A stretch of 64,000 nucleotides of DNA from Gammaproteobacteria bacterium (lineage in GTDB: Bacteria > Pseudomonadota > Gammaproteobacteria > Pseudomonadales > Pseudomonadaceae). The stretch is taken from contig JAAYFD010000047.1 of NCBI GenBank assembly GCA_012728415.1, positions 77,562-141,561 of the forward strand, given 5' to 3'. A model generated the notes under the pieces. That model did not search any database and was not told the DNA's origin. It saw nothing but the letters and a program-made list of their open reading frames with translations. Below, piece after piece: positions 42,182 to 53,176 of the stretch. The translations under genes were made by a program, and so were the position numbers. Numbering within the stretch: the stretch's first letter is position 1; every line of letters starts with the position of its first letter.

Positions 42182-44098
42182 ATGCCCGTTATTACCCTTC
42201 CTGACGGAAGTCAGCGCAGTTTTGATCATCCCGTATCCATCATGCAGGTTGCCGAGTCTATCGGTGCTGGCCTGGCCAAGGCCACGGTCGCTGGCCGCGT
42301 CAATGGCCGTTTGCTGGATGCCTGTGACCTGATCACCGAAGATTCCGAGCTGCAAATTATTACGCCCAAAGATCAGGAAGGACTGGAAATTATTCGTCAC
42401 TCCTGTGCGCACCTGATCGGTCATGCGGTCAAGCAGCTGTATCCTGACACCAAAATGGTGATCGGGCCGGTGATTGAGGACGGCTTTTATTACGATGTTT
42501 ACAGTGAGCGTCCCTTTAACCCGGAAGACCTGGAAGCCATCGACAAGCGCATGCGCGAACTGATTGGCCAGGACTATGATGTCATCAAAAAGCTGACACC
42601 CCGTGCCGAGGTGATCAAGACTTTCCAGGAGCGTGGTGAAGAGTACAAGTTGCGCCTGATTGACGACATGCCCGATGAAACCGAAATGGGCCTGTACTAT
42701 CACCAGGAATATGTGGACATGTGCCGTGGCCCGCATGTGCCCAATACCCGTTTTCTCAAGCACTTCAAGCTGACCCGTTTTTCCGGTGCCTACTGGCGCG
42801 GCGACTCAAAAAATGAGCAGTTGCAGCGCATTTATGGCACTGCCTGGGCCGACAAGAAGCAGCTGGCCGAGTACATCAAGCGCATTGAAGAAGCCGAAAA
42901 GCGCGACCACCGCCGCCTTGGCAAGCGTCTTGACCTGTTCCACACCCAGGAAGAAGCAGCCGGCATGGTGTTCTGGCACCCCAAGGGCTGGACGCTGTAT
43001 CAGGTGCTTGAGCAATACATGCGCAAGGTGCAGAACGATAACGGCTACCAGGAAATCCGCACACCGCAGATTGTTGACCGCATTCTCTGGGAAAAGTCCG
43101 GTCACTGGACCAACTACGCAGAGAATATGTTCATTACCGAGTCCGAGGCCCGCGATTACGCGATCAAGCCGATGAACTGTCCCTGTCACGTGCAGGTGTA
43201 CAACCAGGGCCTGAAGAGCTACCGCGAGCTGCCGCTGCGTCTGGCCGAGTTTGGTTCCTGTCACCGTAATGAGCCATCAGGAGCATTGCACGGCATCATG
43301 CGGGTGCGTGGTTTCACCCAGGATGATGCGCATATTTTCTGTACCGAAGAGCAGATGCAGTCAGAGTCGGCAGCTTTCATCAGGTTGACTCAGCAGGTAT
43401 ACCGTGATTTTGGCTTTGATGATATCGAGCTTAAATTGTCCACCCGCCCTGAGCAGCGCATTGGTTCGGATGATCAGTGGGACCGGGCTGAAAAGGCGCT
43501 GGAAGAAGCCTTGAAAGAAGCGGGTCTGGCCTATGAGCTGCAGCCGGGCGAGGGTGCTTTTTACGGCCCGAAAATCGAGTTTTCTTTGCGTGATAGCCTG
43601 GGCCGGGTCTGGCAGTGCGGTACCTTGCAGCTGGACTTCAACCTGCCGGTGCGTCTGGGTGCCGAGTTTGTCACTGAAGACAACAGCCGTGCCCATCCGG
43701 TGATGCTGCACCGGGCCATTCTCGGTTCGTTCGAGCGCTTTATCGGTATTCTGATCGAACACTACGAGGGTGCATTTCCTGCCTGGTTGGCACCGGTGCA
43801 GGCCGTGGTGATGAACATCAGTGAAAAACAGTCGGACTTTGTTCGTCAGGTGCACAAAGCCCTGCAAGAGCGTGGTTATCGGGTGAAAACTGATCTGCGT
43901 AATGAAAAAATCGGTTTTAAAATCCGTGAGCATACCCTGCAGAAAATCCCGTATCTGCTGGTGGTGGGCGACAAGGAAGTGGAAAACAACCAGCTGGCGG
44001 TGCGTACCCGTTGTGGCCAGAATCTGGGCTCTATCAGCCTGGACGAGTTTGCTGCAACGCTGGATGCGGCCATCGCCAAGCGGGGACGTTTGGACTGA
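42182..44098 (+). CDS. thrS: Threonyl-tRNA synthetase
   Basis: 638 aa with TGS, editing, class II core (..[26 protein letters not shown]..) and anticodon-binding domains. Confidence 0.97.
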   Translation: MPVITLPDGSQRSFDHPVSIMQVAESIGAGLAKATVAGRVNGRLLDACDLITEDSELQIITPKDQEGLEIIRHSCAHLIGHAVKQLYPDTKMVIGPVIEDGFYYDVYSERPFNPEDLEAIDKRMRELIGQDYDVIKKLTPRAEVIKTFQERGEEYKLRLIDDMPDETEMGLYYHQEYVDMCRGPHVPNTRFLKHFKLTRFSGAYWRGDSKNEQLQRIYGTAWADKKQLAEYIKRIEEAEKRDHRRLGKRLDLFHTQEEAAGMVFWHPKGWTLYQVLEQYMRKVQNDNGYQEIRTPQIVDRILWEKSGHWTNYAENMFITESEARDYAIKPMNCPCHVQVYNQGLKSYRELPLRLAEFGSCHRNEPSGALHGIMRVRGFTQDDAHIFCTEEQMQSESAAFIRLTQQVYRDFGFDDIELKLSTRPEQRIGSDDQWDRAEKALEEALKEAGLAYELQPGEGAFYGPKIEFSLRDSLGRVWQCGTLQLDFNLPVRLGAEFVTEDNSRAHPVMLHRAILGSFERFIGILIEHYEGAFPAWLAPVQAVVMNISEKQSDFVRQVHKALQERGYRVKTDLRNEKIGFKIREHTLQKIPYLLVVGDKEVENNQLAVRTRCGQNLGSISLDEFAATLDAAIAKRGRLD

Positions 44099-44124
44099 TC
44101 GATCGTTTCTATGCAGTAACCCAA

Positions 44125-44157
44125 AGCGCCAGAAGCTATGCCCTGGCGCTTTTTTTT
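44125..44157 (+). terminator. thrS intrinsic terminator
   Basis: AGCGCCAG..CTGGCGCT followed by TTTTTTT. Confidence 0.8.
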
Positions 44158-44185
44158 GCCTGCATGTTTAGCCAGTGTCGGCCGG

Positions 44186-44671
44186 TTATGGGGCCTGCTG
44201 CTCTTTTGCCACAAAATTGCGAATAAGCCGTGCAAAACCCCACGGAATGGAGCCCAGTACAAGCAGTACCAGGCTACTGGGCAGGTCGGGCCCAGTACGC
44301 AGCACGCTGATGGATGGCATGGCATTCAGTACATATACCGGCACAGCAGTGTTGGGGTCGATAGTTTCAAAAATCCCAATGGGCAGGCAGAAGCAGGGCA
44401 ACCAGCTGTTGTAGGTCTTGCCCTGGTAGTGATAGCTATACTGAATCAGTTGAACGTTTACTGAGTAGGCCTTGGTTGCGCGCGGCGTGTTATAGCCGCC
44501 GCCGGAACTGCGTATGCTGCCTTGTTGCATAATTGTGCCGGGGACGGCTGGCCAATACACACTATAGATACCCAGTGCGAAAATCAGGATAGTGGCCAAA
44601 CCAATTGATCGGGCTAGCAGATCAAGCCAAGAGGCCAATTTGAGCAAAGAGCGGGCATCCGAAGAGGGCAT
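44186..44671 (-). CDS. Membrane protein (DUF3592-like)
   Basis: 161 aa with TM helices at both ends flanking a beta-rich segment ..YSVNVQLIQYSYHYQGKTY.. Confidence 0.5.
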   Translation of the reverse strand: MPSSDARSLLKLASWLDLLARSIGLATILIFALGIYSVYWPAVPGTIMQQGSIRSSGGGYNTPRATKAYSVNVQLIQYSYHYQGKTYNSWLPCFCLPIGIFETIDPNTAVPVYVLNAMPSISVLRTGPDLPSSLVLLVLGSIPWGFARLIRNFVAKEQQAP

Positions 44672-44725
44672 GTGCCGAGTCCTTTCACAGACAGCGAGTG
44701 AGCAACCAATACGATCAGGACAGGC

Positions 44726-45220
44726 TTATGCGTAGCCAAGCTGCTGTTCAGCCGCTGCTTGCCCCAAGCTTTCCACCGTACGCCAGAGCCATTGGGGCAG
44801 GCTTTCCGGGTCCAGACTGTCGATCAGGTTTTTCACAGCCAGACCCAGCTCGGTGTCGCCATCAATTTGCAAACGGCGGCGGAAGAACAGGGTGTCAGGG
44901 TCTTCCTGGCGGCTGGCCAACAGCAAAAACTCCCGCCAGTTGCCGCCAATGGTCACTTCCACCGGAGCTTGCCGGGCCACTTGCAGCTGGTTGGTACGCG
45001 GGCTTTTGGTGATGCACCATTGCAGCCCCAGGTCATGGATGTGCAACTGTACCCAGCGGTCATCAAGGATGTCAAACAGGCCGTCTGCAATGGCTTCGGC
45101 AAATACCTTGTTTAGGCCTCTCTGCACGGCCAGACGCTGGGCGGCATAGGGTGTATGGCGGGCCAGCGGCAGTACACGATCACCAGCCGACAGCAACAGG
45201 GGTAGGGTTTTCTTTAGCAT
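44726..45220 (-). CDS. ubiT: SCP2-domain ubiquinone biosynthesis accessory factor UbiT
   Basis: ..LQIDGDTELGLAVKNLIDSLD.. SCP2-like. Its start overlaps the ubiV stop (ATGCTAA). Gene context with the U32 pair. Confidence 0.72.
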   Translation of the reverse strand: MLKKTLPLLLSAGDRVLPLARHTPYAAQRLAVQRGLNKVFAEAIADGLFDILDDRWVQLHIHDLGLQWCITKSPRTNQLQVARQAPVEVTIGGNWREFLLLASRQEDPDTLFFRRRLQIDGDTELGLAVKNLIDSLDPESLPQWLWRTVESLGQAAAEQQLGYA

Positions 45221-46104
45221 AGTCCGGCCTCCTCGGCGGTTACCATTCCGGGGCGTCCGTGCCAATAACCGTTACAGCCCTGCACGGCCAGCGGCGGTTG
45301 CTCACCCTGGCGGACGCGGTCCCAGGACTGGATGATGTCGCCCATGCCACGTGCGCGCGGGCTCAGGCGGGCAATGTCGGCACCCTGCTGTTTGAGCGAA
45401 GGGAAGTCAGCCAGCAGATTGTTGACCTCGGCAGACATGGTTTGAATGCCGTTGATGGTAAACAGCGGTTGTCCTTCCTGGCTGGCCAGGGGGATGCCTT
45501 CTTCATAGTTGATGCAGCAAAATTCGCATTCGTCTTTGGGACGGTTTTCCGCGCGGGCGGTAAAGCAGCGGGCCGAATAAGCCAGCGGCAGGTGGCCATA
45601 AGCAAAGACTTCGACTTCGGGCCGCTGAATGCCCATGTCGTCCAGCTGGCTGAGGGTGCTGTGGATCAGCTGACCCGAGCACTCGACCGGCGGAGCCCAG
45701 CGGCTCATGCCGCTTTTGATGAACTCGGCCAGTGCGCGTCCGCTATAGATGTTTAGCGCCGGACCGCCGGCAAACGGCAGCTTGCGCTCGGACAGAAACT
45801 GCACGGCAGCCATGTCGTTGGCTTCAACCATGAACTCGCCGTTATCGCACAGGCGCTTGAGGCTGGAAACTTCGGAGTTGGCTTCGATCAGGGTTAGGCC
45901 GGACAGCACGATTTGTGCCTTGGTGGCCTGCTGCAGTTCGCGGGCCAGTCCGATCCAGCCGTCCAGGTTGAACTCGCGGCGTTTAGAACAGACGGTTTCG
46001 CCCATGTAGATGATGTCGAGTGGCTGCTCGGCCATGTCGGCATAAAACCGTGTGACCTGGTCGCGGGGCCAGAAAAACAGGATGGGGCCCAGGGATAGTT
46101 TCAT
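45214..46104 (-). CDS. ubiV: U32-family protein UbiV (O2-independent ubiquinone hydroxylation)
   Basis: MKLSLGPILFFWPRD.. YhbV-like, with a Cys cluster ..CFTARAENRPKDECEFCC.. Confidence 0.82.
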   Translation of the reverse strand: MKLSLGPILFFWPRDQVTRFYADMAEQPLDIIYMGETVCSKRREFNLDGWIGLARELQQATKAQIVLSGLTLIEANSEVSSLKRLCDNGEFMVEANDMAAVQFLSERKLPFAGGPALNIYSGRALAEFIKSGMSRWAPPVECSGQLIHSTLSQLDDMGIQRPEVEVFAYGHLPLAYSARCFTARAENRPKDECEFCCINYEEGIPLASQEGQPLFTINGIQTMSAEVNNLLADFPSLKQQGADIARLSPRARGMGDIIQSWDRVRQGEQPPLAVQGCNGYWHGRPGMVTAEEAGLC

Positions 46105-46118
46105 TGTTTAATCAACTC

Positions 46119-47114
46119 CTATTGCCAGGCGCGGTGGTAGGCACCCAGGGTGGTCTGGCTGCCTTCGGACAGGCCGGCCAGGGTCTGGCGCCAGTTGTCT
46201 TCGACACGGAAGCCGGATGGGTTGCGTTTGTAGCTGTCCAGCGCTTCGCGCCAGGCGCGGGTGACCTGTTCGGTATAGGCCGGGCTGCGCTGGCGGCCTT
46301 CGATTTTCACCGCGCTGACGCCAATCTTGGCCAGCTCGGGGATCAGGTCCATGGTGTCCAGGCTGGTCGGCTCTTCCAGTGCGTGAAATTTCTTGCCGTT
46401 GACGATGAAACGGCCTTTGCACAGGGTGGGGTAGCCGGCAGACTCGCCTTCTTCGTATCGGTCGATCAGTACTTCGTTCAGGCGCGAGCTGAGTTTGCCG
46501 TCTTCGTTGCTCCAGCGCACCGCTTTGGCTGGCGAGCAGACGCCGCACAGGTTGGGAGACTCGCCGGTCATGTAGGATGACAGGTGGCAACGGCCTTCGG
46601 CCATGATGCACAGGCTGCCAAAGGCAAAGACTTCAATGGGTACGGTGGTGCTTTCTGCCACCTGGCGGACTTGCGCCAGCGACAGCACCCGTGGCAGTAC
46701 CGCCCGCTTGATATTGTAGCGTTGCTGGTAGAAGGACAGCGCCGGGCCATTGGTGGCCGATCCTTGCACCGAGAGGTGCAGGCTGAGGTCTGGATGCTTT
46801 TCGCTGGCGTAACCCAGAACTGCCGGGTCGGCGGCGATGAGGGCATCGACACCCAGAGCGGCGGCCTGATCGACGGCACGCTGCCAGCGTTCCCAGCCAT
46901 CAGACTGGGCGTAGGTGTTGACGGCAATATAGAGTTTTCTGTTGTTTTTTCGGATCAGGTCGATGCCTTCGGCCAGTTGTTTGTCGGTCAGGTTGAGGCC
47001 GGCAAAGTGGCGGGCGTTGGTGTCGTCCTTGAATCCTACATAGATGGCGTCGGCGCCTTGGCGCACGGCGGCTTTCAGTGCCGGCAAGCTGCCGGCTGGG
47101 CAAACCAGTTGCAT
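46119..47114 (-). CDS. ubiU: U32-family protein UbiU
   Basis: MQLVCPAGSLPALKAAVRQGADAIYVGFKDDTNARHFAGLN.. closely parallels E. coli YhbU. Start trimmed to 47114. Confidence 0.85.
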   Translation of the reverse strand: MQLVCPAGSLPALKAAVRQGADAIYVGFKDDTNARHFAGLNLTDKQLAEGIDLIRKNNRKLYIAVNTYAQSDGWERWQRAVDQAAALGVDALIAADPAVLGYASEKHPDLSLHLSVQGSATNGPALSFYQQRYNIKRAVLPRVLSLAQVRQVAESTTVPIEVFAFGSLCIMAEGRCHLSSYMTGESPNLCGVCSPAKAVRWSNEDGKLSSRLNEVLIDRYEEGESAGYPTLCKGRFIVNGKKFHALEEPTSLDTMDLIPELAKIGVSAVKIEGRQRSPAYTEQVTRAWREALDSYKRNPSGFRVEDNWRQTLAGLSEGSQTTLGAYHRAWQ

Positions 47115-47286
47115 GAAGACTCCCGAAAAGCAAAGGGTGGGAGAGGCCATGGCAGGACTAGCAATGCATGGGGTGCCGGCCTCAAGCGATGGACCAGACT
47201 ATGCGGGTGGCTGGTGACAAGGCGGCAGATAACCGCTTTGCCCAGGTCACACTTGTTACTGCATGGTGCTCTGGTTACAGCAGGTT

Positions 47287-47328
47287 AATCTAGGGGCTTT
47301 GGCGCGGAATAGCCTTGACCGAAGTCAA
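47287..47328 (-). promoter_or_regulatory. FNR/ANR box with class II spacing to a -10 element, upstream of ubiUVT
   Basis: Perfect palindrome TTGAC-N4-GTCAA (47315-47328), then 22 nt to TAGATT (47292-47287, reverse strand). Confidence 0.6.
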
Positions 47329-47375
47329 AGGGCACAAACGGGATGCGAGGAAAGCGGCTGCATCCCGGTGCAGAT

Positions 47376-48218
47376 TTAGGCTTGCAGCATTTGGGTGGCA
47401 GCTTCCATGGATGCGGACAGGTCCTCGTCGGCAGACAGGCTTTGCTCAATGACTTCAAGGCCCAGCTTGCGGAAAGCATCAACGCCGGTCCAGTCGATCT
47501 TGCCCAGGGGGTGTTCGCTACCGGCATAGCTTTGCAGCAAGGCGACCTGAACGATATCCACGAGGTCTTGTTGTGGCGTCTGGCGGTCAAAGTCGAGATG
47601 CTCGACGGGTACGCAGGCCAGTGCTGGTGGAAAATCCCAGGCTTGCAAAATACGCTGGCCCAGCTCCGGGTGTAGCCGTTCGATGACTTTTTCCAGGGTG
47701 AAAGAATCGTTCAGCAGCTGACCGTTGTCTTCTGCATACGTCAGGATCGGCAGAATTCCGATCTGGTGTACCAGGCCGGCCAGCGTGGCCTGGTCAGGAG
47801 GCAGGCGGGTAAAGTGGCGACACAGCACATGGCTGATGCCGGCAATTTCGGTGCTGCGCTGCCAGACTTCGCGCAGGCGCCGGTCAATGACATCGGAGGT
47901 GGCCTGAAACATCTGTTCCATGGCCAGACCCATCGCCAGGTTGGTGGTGTAGCCCATGCCGAGACGGGCAACTGCCATGTTCAGGTCGCTGATTTCACTG
48001 CTGCTGCGCAGTAACGGGCTGTTGACCACCTTGATGATGCGGGCGGTTAGTGCAGCATCATTGCTGATCACTTTGCTCAGTTCGCTAATACCGACATCCG
48101 GGTCTTCGGCTGCTTCCCGCACTTGTAGCGCGACTTCAGGCAGGGTTGGCAAAATGAGTTCGTCGTTGTTAATTGCATCCATCAATTCTGACTGGACTGT
48201 TGCAATCAGTGTGCTCAT
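47376..48218 (-). CDS. HDOD-domain signalling protein
   Basis: ..LPTLPEVALQVREAAEDPDV..LSKVISNDAALTARIIKVVNSPL.. and ..HVLCRHF..LAGLVHQIG.. Confidence 0.8.
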   Translation of the reverse strand: MSTLIATVQSELMDAINNDELILPTLPEVALQVREAAEDPDVGISELSKVISNDAALTARIIKVVNSPLLRSSSEISDLNMAVARLGMGYTTNLAMGLAMEQMFQATSDVIDRRLREVWQRSTEIAGISHVLCRHFTRLPPDQATLAGLVHQIGILPILTYAEDNGQLLNDSFTLEKVIERLHPELGQRILQAWDFPPALACVPVEHLDFDRQTPQQDLVDIVQVALLQSYAGSEHPLGKIDWTGVDAFRKLGLEVIEQSLSADEDLSASMEAATQMLQA

Positions 48219-48365
48219 GGTTACTCCAAAAAGAACAGGCAGGGGGCCAGGCCGGGATAGCCGCTTGCACTCTCAACTGCTGGCATGGAAATTCTTGCGT
48301 ATGACCTGGCCTGATCATGCAGGCTGTCGTGTGTTATTAGCTGTTAGTTGGAACTGCCTTGCCGG

Positions 48366-49304
48366 CTAACGTTGAATCTCGCGTTCGACATCAATCTGGT
48401 ATGGCAGGTCAAGCAATTTTGTTTGTGGTCGCCCGTCAACATCAAGGAACAGGGGTTGTTCCTGTGCTGTCTCGACCAGGACTATTGCCAGCAGCTCAAT
48501 AGTGTCGCCGCTGTGGGCAGCACTGAGTACCTCGCCGGCTTTGCTGCCGTCTGCCTGCAACAGGGCCGTGCCTGTCACGGGCAGTTCGCTGGTCGTGCTG
48601 CCAAAGCGCAGCATGTGGCGCTTTTGTTTGCCAAGATATTGCATGCGTGCAACGATTTCCTGGCCGCTGTAGCAGCCTTTTTTGAAGCTTACTGCATCCA
48701 GGGCTGGCAGGTTCAGCATCTGGGGGATGTAGCTTTCGTAGGTTGCTTGCGTTACCTGGGCAATGCCTGCAGCGATCAGCCCAAGTTGCCAGGCGTTGTC
48801 GTCCAGCTCTTTTACGCGGGTGGCGAGCTGACGCTGGGTGCAGGGTGCGTCTGCAGCAGGTATCCAGAGTTCGGCCAGTTCGCGGTTGATGCGAATCGCC
48901 AGCATCTGGTTGTGCTGGGTGACAGCTCCGGGGGTGTCTGCCAGCTCGATGCCAAGCTCTTGCAGGCTGTGTTCGGGGTTGATCAGGCCAAGCTGGACCC
49001 ACTGGTCACTCTCATCCTGCAGTGTGGACTTGGAAAAAACCGCAAATTTTTTTATTTCGGCCAGCTGGGGCTGAACCAGTTCGCGAGCCATTGATAGCAG
49101 AAAGCCGTCCCCCTGCATGGCCAGCCGGAAGCTCGACTGCATGCGCCCCTTGGGGTTGCAGCGGGCGCCCAGGCTGCTTTGGTCATAACTGACATAGTTG
49201 AGGTTGCAGGTCAGCTGACCTTGCAGGAATTTGCTGGCATCTGTGCCGCGCACTGCAAGCATGCCCTGCCGGTTGAGAACTACAAAGGCTGGCGTCTGGC
49301 TCAT
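48366..49304 (-). CDS. ygfZ: Folate-binding tRNA-modification / Fe-S repair protein YgfZ
   Basis: ..[19 protein letters not shown].. and ..[21 protein letters not shown].. Start trimmed to MSQTPAF. Confidence 0.8.
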   Translation of the reverse strand: MSQTPAFVVLNRQGMLAVRGTDASKFLQGQLTCNLNYVSYDQSSLGARCNPKGRMQSSFRLAMQGDGFLLSMARELVQPQLAEIKKFAVFSKSTLQDESDQWVQLGLINPEHSLQELGIELADTPGAVTQHNQMLAIRINRELAELWIPAADAPCTQRQLATRVKELDDNAWQLGLIAAGIAQVTQATYESYIPQMLNLPALDAVSFKKGCYSGQEIVARMQYLGKQKRHMLRFGSTTSELPVTGTALLQADGSKAGEVLSAAHSGDTIELLAIVLVETAQEQPLFLDVDGRPQTKLLDLPYQIDVEREIQR

Positions 49305-49426
49305 GGTCGAATCTCGTGATAAGTATAGCGGGCCCACATGATAGAGCTTTCGCGCCGGCTTGTCAGTGGGTGCCAAATATAGACGGCTGGCTTATACTTG
49401 CGCGCATATTCAAGCGGAGACTCCCA

Positions 49427-49687
49427 ATGAGTAAAGAAACTGAACTAAATCGCCTGTTCTGGCACAGCCGTCGTGGCATGCTGGAGCTGGATGAGCTGCT
49501 GGTACCTTTTGTGCGCGAAGCCTACACAGAGCTGGCTGCCGATGATCAGGCACGTTACGAAAAGTTGCTGAGCTGTGAGGATCAGGACATGTTTGCCTGG
49601 TTTATGCGCCGCAGTCAGCCTGATGATGCTGATCTCCAGAGAATTATCGGGCTGGTGCTTGAGCACAGTCGTACGCGGCGGGCGTAA
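49427..49687 (+). CDS. sdhE: FAD assembly factor SdhE
   Basis: ..[20 protein letters not shown].. includes the RGxxE motif. Start trimmed to MSKETEL. Confidence 0.82.
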   Translation: MSKETELNRLFWHSRRGMLELDELLVPFVREAYTELAADDQARYEKLLSCEDQDMFAWFMRRSQPDDADLQRIIGLVLEHSRTRRA

Positions 49688-49692
49688 CACTG

Positions 49693-50169
49693 GTGCAAGC
49701 CTGCTTTTGGCAACCATCGGCCATGCTGGCTGGGTTGCAGGGCATGCTGGCCTTGCTGGCAGGACTGGCTGTCGCCGGCAGCGGCATGCCGCAACCTGCA
49801 GCGGGTGTGCTGGTGGTGTTTTGCATGGCCTGGGGCGTCTGGTGCTTGCTGCGTAGCCGGAGAAGACACTGCGCAAGCGAGCGCAAGGGGCTGCGCTATC
49901 AGCGGAACACCGGCTGGGAGCTGTGGCAGCCAGGTACTGGCTGGCAGCCGGTCCGGGTGCTGGCCGGCAGTCTGGTTACCAGACATCTGGTGGTACTGCA
50001 TTTGGCTGAGGTCGGCCGGCGCACGATGCGTCTGCCAGTACCGGCTGATGTGCTGGATGCCGACAGTCACCGGCGTTTGCGCGTGTCGTTGCGCCTTATT
50101 CCCTTGGCGGAGCGGGTTGCAGGATCGTCTCCAGCGCTTCCGGCAGAAGTTCGGGATAGTCCAAAGTAA
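49693..50169 (+). CDS. YgfX-like inner-membrane protein (CptA family)
   Basis: Two N-terminal TM helices, then ..[33 protein letters not shown]. The 3' end overlaps the convergent nadB by 74 nt. Confidence 0.5.
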   Translation: MQACFWQPSAMLAGLQGMLALLAGLAVAGSGMPQPAAGVLVVFCMAWGVWCLLRSRRRHCASERKGLRYQRNTGWELWQPGTGWQPVRVLAGSLVTRHLVVLHLAEVGRRTMRLPVPADVLDADSHRRLRVSLRLIPLAERVAGSSPALPAEVRDSPK

Positions 50170-51712
50170 AGTGCAGGCCGCGGCTTTCCTTGCGCTGCAT
50201 TGCACAACGAATCATCAGCTCGGCGACCAGTGCCAGGTTGCGCAACTCCAGCAAGTCGGGGCTGACCCGGTAGTTGCTGTAAAACTCGTCAATTTCCTTG
50301 TGTAGCAGGCGTACACGGTGCAATGCCCGCTGCAGTCGTTTGTCGGTGCGTACAATACCGACATAGTTCCACATAAAGCGGCGCAGTTCGTCCCAGTTGT
50401 GGGAGATCACAACGTCTTCGTCCGAATCTGTTACCTGGCTGGCATCCCAGGCCGGCGGCAGCCTGGGCAATTCAATGTGCGTCTGACAGCTGTCGATGTG
50501 CTCGGCTGCCGACTGGGCGTAGACGAAACACTCCAATAGCGAGTTGCTGGCCATGCGGTTGGCGCCATGCAGGCCGGTGTAGCTGGCTTCGCCGATGGCA
50601 TAGAGCCCCGGCAGGTCGGTACGGCCCTGCTGGTCCACCATTATGCCACCACAGGTGTAGTGTGCGGCCGGCACTACCGGGATGGGCTCGCGGGCAATGT
50701 CCAGGCCAAACTTGAGACAGTTCCGGTAGACGGTGGGAAAGTGTTCGCGAATGAAACTGGCCGGTTTGTGGCTGATATCAAGATAGACGTGATCCAGCCC
50801 CAGACGTTTCATTTCGTGGTCGATGGCGCGGGCCACAATGTCGCGTGGAGCCAGCTCCATGCGCTCGTCGTAGCGCTCCATAAAGCGTTCACCACTGGGC
50901 AGGCGGAGTACGGCACCTTCGCCACGCAACGCCTCAGTCAGCAGAAAACTCTTGGCTTGCGGGTGGTACAGACAGGTCGGGTGAAACTGGTTGAATTCCA
51001 GATTGGCCACGCGGCAACCAGCACGCCAGGCCATGGCGATACCATCACCACAGGCACCATCGGGATTGCTGGTGTAAAGGTAAACCTTGGCAGCGCCGCC
51101 CGTGGCCAGAATTACGAAGCGTGCGGCATGGGTGTCCACTTCACCGGTTGCGGTGTTCAGGACATAGGCGCCGATACAGCGCCGTTCGCCTCCCGTACTG
51201 GTCTGGCGGCTGATCAGGTCGACTGCTACCTGGTTTTCCAGCAGCCGGATATTGTTGCGCAGGCGGGTGTGGCGGAGCAGGGTGTCGAAGATGGCCGCAC
51301 CAGTGGCATCGGCTGCATGGATGATACGCCTGTGGCTGTGGCCGCCCTCGCGGGTCAGGTGGTAGGCGTAGTGCTGCTCCAGCTCCTGCTCGGGAGTGTT
51401 GCGGGTAAAAGGAACACCCAGCTCAAGTAACCAGTTGATGGCGTCTTTGCTGTTGGCTACGGTAAACTGTACGGCATCTTCACGGCATAGGCCGGCCCCG
51501 GCGCTCAGGGTGTCGCGTACGTGGGCTTCAATGCTGTCGGTTTCGTCCAGCACCGCAGCAACACCACCCTGGGCATAATAGGTAGAGCCACTATTGAGCT
51601 TGCCTTTGCTAAGTACGGCAATGCTGAGGTTGCCGGGCAGCTTAAGGGCGGCGGCGAGGCCGGCAGCGCCGCTGCCAATGATAAGTACATCGTGCCTGTA
51701 GGATTGGCTCAT
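50096..51712 (-). CDS. nadB: L-aspartate oxidase
   Basis: ..[16 protein letters not shown].., ..YAQGGVAAV.., ..RMASNSLLE.. Confidence 0.95.
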   Translation of the reverse strand: MSQSYRHDVLIIGSGAAGLAAALKLPGNLSIAVLSKGKLNSGSTYYAQGGVAAVLDETDSIEAHVRDTLSAGAGLCREDAVQFTVANSKDAINWLLELGVPFTRNTPEQELEQHYAYHLTREGGHSHRRIIHAADATGAAIFDTLLRHTRLRNNIRLLENQVAVDLISRQTSTGGERRCIGAYVLNTATGEVDTHAARFVILATGGAAKVYLYTSNPDGACGDGIAMAWRAGCRVANLEFNQFHPTCLYHPQAKSFLLTEALRGEGAVLRLPSGERFMERYDERMELAPRDIVARAIDHEMKRLGLDHVYLDISHKPASFIREHFPTVYRNCLKFGLDIAREPIPVVPAAHYTCGGIMVDQQGRTDLPGLYAIGEASYTGLHGANRMASNSLLECFVYAQSAAEHIDSCQTHIELPRLPPAWDASQVTDSDEDVVISHNWDELRRFMWNYVGIVRTDKRLQRALHRVRLLHKEIDEFYSNYRVSPDLLELRNLALVAELMIRCAMQRKESRGLHFTLDYPELLPEALETILQPAPPRE

Positions 51713-51780
51713 GTCGTGAAGTCCGTCAGGAAGTGGCGTTGCTAGTATAACGCTGCTGGCGGAGCAAAATGCACTTCATG

Positions 51781-51808
51781 GAACTTTTTCTGCAGCAGCG
51801 GCTCAATA
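51781..51808 (+). promoter_or_regulatory. SigmaE-type (autoregulated) promoter upstream of rpoE
   Basis: GGAACTT, 15 nt, cTCAAT. Matches the GGAACTT-N15/16-TCAAA consensus. Confidence 0.55.
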
Positions 51809-51953
51809 CAGGCAACCTGTGGCCTGTCTACTGCAGATAGACAGCCGAATTACGGGTGATCCTTGCCGCAAGACAGGCAGGGTCCGGGGGGATAAAACGA
51901 ATGAACATCAAAATACACGGGCGGGGCGTATGCGGTTTGACCGGGTACGGTAG

Positions 51954-52532
51954 ATGACCGCTGAAGATGACAAGCTGCTGGTTAAGCGGGTACAAAAAGG
52001 CGACAAGCGTGCCTTTGACCTGCTGGTGCTGAAGTACCAAAGCCGCATCATGGCGCTGGTGATACGTTTCGTACAGGATTCACACGAGGCGCAGGATGTG
52101 ACTCAGGAGGCATTCGTCAAGGCTTATCGGGCACTGGGGAACTTTCGTGGCGACAGTGCTTTTTATACCTGGTTATACCGGATCGCCGTTAATACGGCAA
52201 AAAACTATCTGGTATCACGTAACCGGCGACCGCCGAGCTTTGACGTAGATGCGGATGATGCCGAGTTTTATGACGGGGACCACGGGCTAAAAAGCCTGGA
52301 GACCCCAGAGCGTTTGCTGTTGCGTGACGAAATTGAGCAGACCGTACAGGAGAGTATTCGCCGCCTGCCGGAAGACTTGCGGGTGGCGCTGACCTTGCGC
52401 GAATACGAAGGCATGAGCTATGAGGATATTGCCCATGTCATGCAGTGTCCGGTGGGGACGGTACGCTCGCGCATTTTCAGGGCCCGTGAAGCAGTTGATA
52501 AAGCCTTGCGTCCTTTGCTGCATGAAAGCTGA
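51954..52532 (+). CDS. rpoE: ECF sigma factor RpoE/AlgU
   Basis: ..LVKRVQKGDKRAFDLLVLKYQ..AQDVTQEAFVKAYRALGNFRGDSAFYTWLYRIAVNTAKN.. Confidence 0.96.
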   Translation: MTAEDDKLLVKRVQKGDKRAFDLLVLKYQSRIMALVIRFVQDSHEAQDVTQEAFVKAYRALGNFRGDSAFYTWLYRIAVNTAKNYLVSRNRRPPSFDVDADDAEFYDGDHGLKSLETPERLLLRDEIEQTVQESIRRLPEDLRVALTLREYEGMSYEDIAHVMQCPVGTVRSRIFRAREAVDKALRPLLHES

Positions 52533-52554
52533 ATTTTCTTGAGGAAATTGTGAC

Positions 52555-53172
52555 ATGACTGAACATAGCCTAGAACAGGCCCTTTCCGCCCTGATGGATG
52601 GTGAGGCCAGTGAGCTGGAGCTGCAGCGCATTCTTGGGCGCCTGGATGAGCCTGAGGTGCGCCAGACATGGCAGAACCTGCATCTGGTGCGCTCCGCAAT
52701 GCACCAGGAGCCGGTAATGGCAGTGGATGTGTCTGCTGGTGTTAGAGAGGCGCTGAACAGCATCGCGATGGATGAAAAACAGCCCGGAGATGATGCTTCT
52801 GCTCCGCAAGTGGCCGGCTGGAAAACCTGGCAGCGCATGGCGGTGGCTGCCTCGGTAACCCTGGCGGTGCTGGGTGGGGTGCGCTTTTATAATCAGGTGC
52901 AGCTGGAGCCGGCAGAGCAGGTGCTGGCCGGTACGCCGGCCCCGGCCACACCCCTGGCAGCACCTGCTTACGTGCGGGAGCAGCCTGTAGTGCTGGCCAG
53001 CTACGGTGGTCAGCAGCTTCAGAAAGAAGAGCAGCAAAGCGAGATAAACTCAAATGACTGGTATCGCGAACATTTGCCGCTGTACCTGAAGCAGCATGCT
53101 CGCCAGAGCGGCATTGGCGGTGCCGACAGTGCTTTGCCGTATGCGCGTGCTGCCAGCATGGAAGGTCGCTGA
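52555..53172 (+). CDS. rseA: Anti-sigma-E factor RseA/MucA
   Basis: ..LSALMDGEASELELQRIL.. N-terminus, a central TM helix and gene order. Confidence 0.8.
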   Translation: MTEHSLEQALSALMDGEASELELQRILGRLDEPEVRQTWQNLHLVRSAMHQEPVMAVDVSAGVREALNSIAMDEKQPGDDASAPQVAGWKTWQRMAVAASVTLAVLGGVRFYNQVQLEPAEQVLAGTPAPATPLAAPAYVREQPVVLASYGGQQLQKEEQQSEINSNDWYREHLPLYLKQHARQSGIGGADSALPYARAASMEGR

Positions 53173-53176
53173 TACT

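Noticed and set aside
42164-43933. Minus-strand ORFs (42164-42763, 42806-43264, 43361-43933) opposite thrS
   Set aside because: They are antisense to an unambiguous 638-aa ThrRS. They show no independent signals.
46104-47288. Plus-strand ORFs opposite ubiU/ubiV (46104-46580, 46584-47288) and alternate minus frames
   Set aside because: They are antisense or out of frame relative to clear YhbU/YhbV homologues. They are GC-rich frame artefacts.
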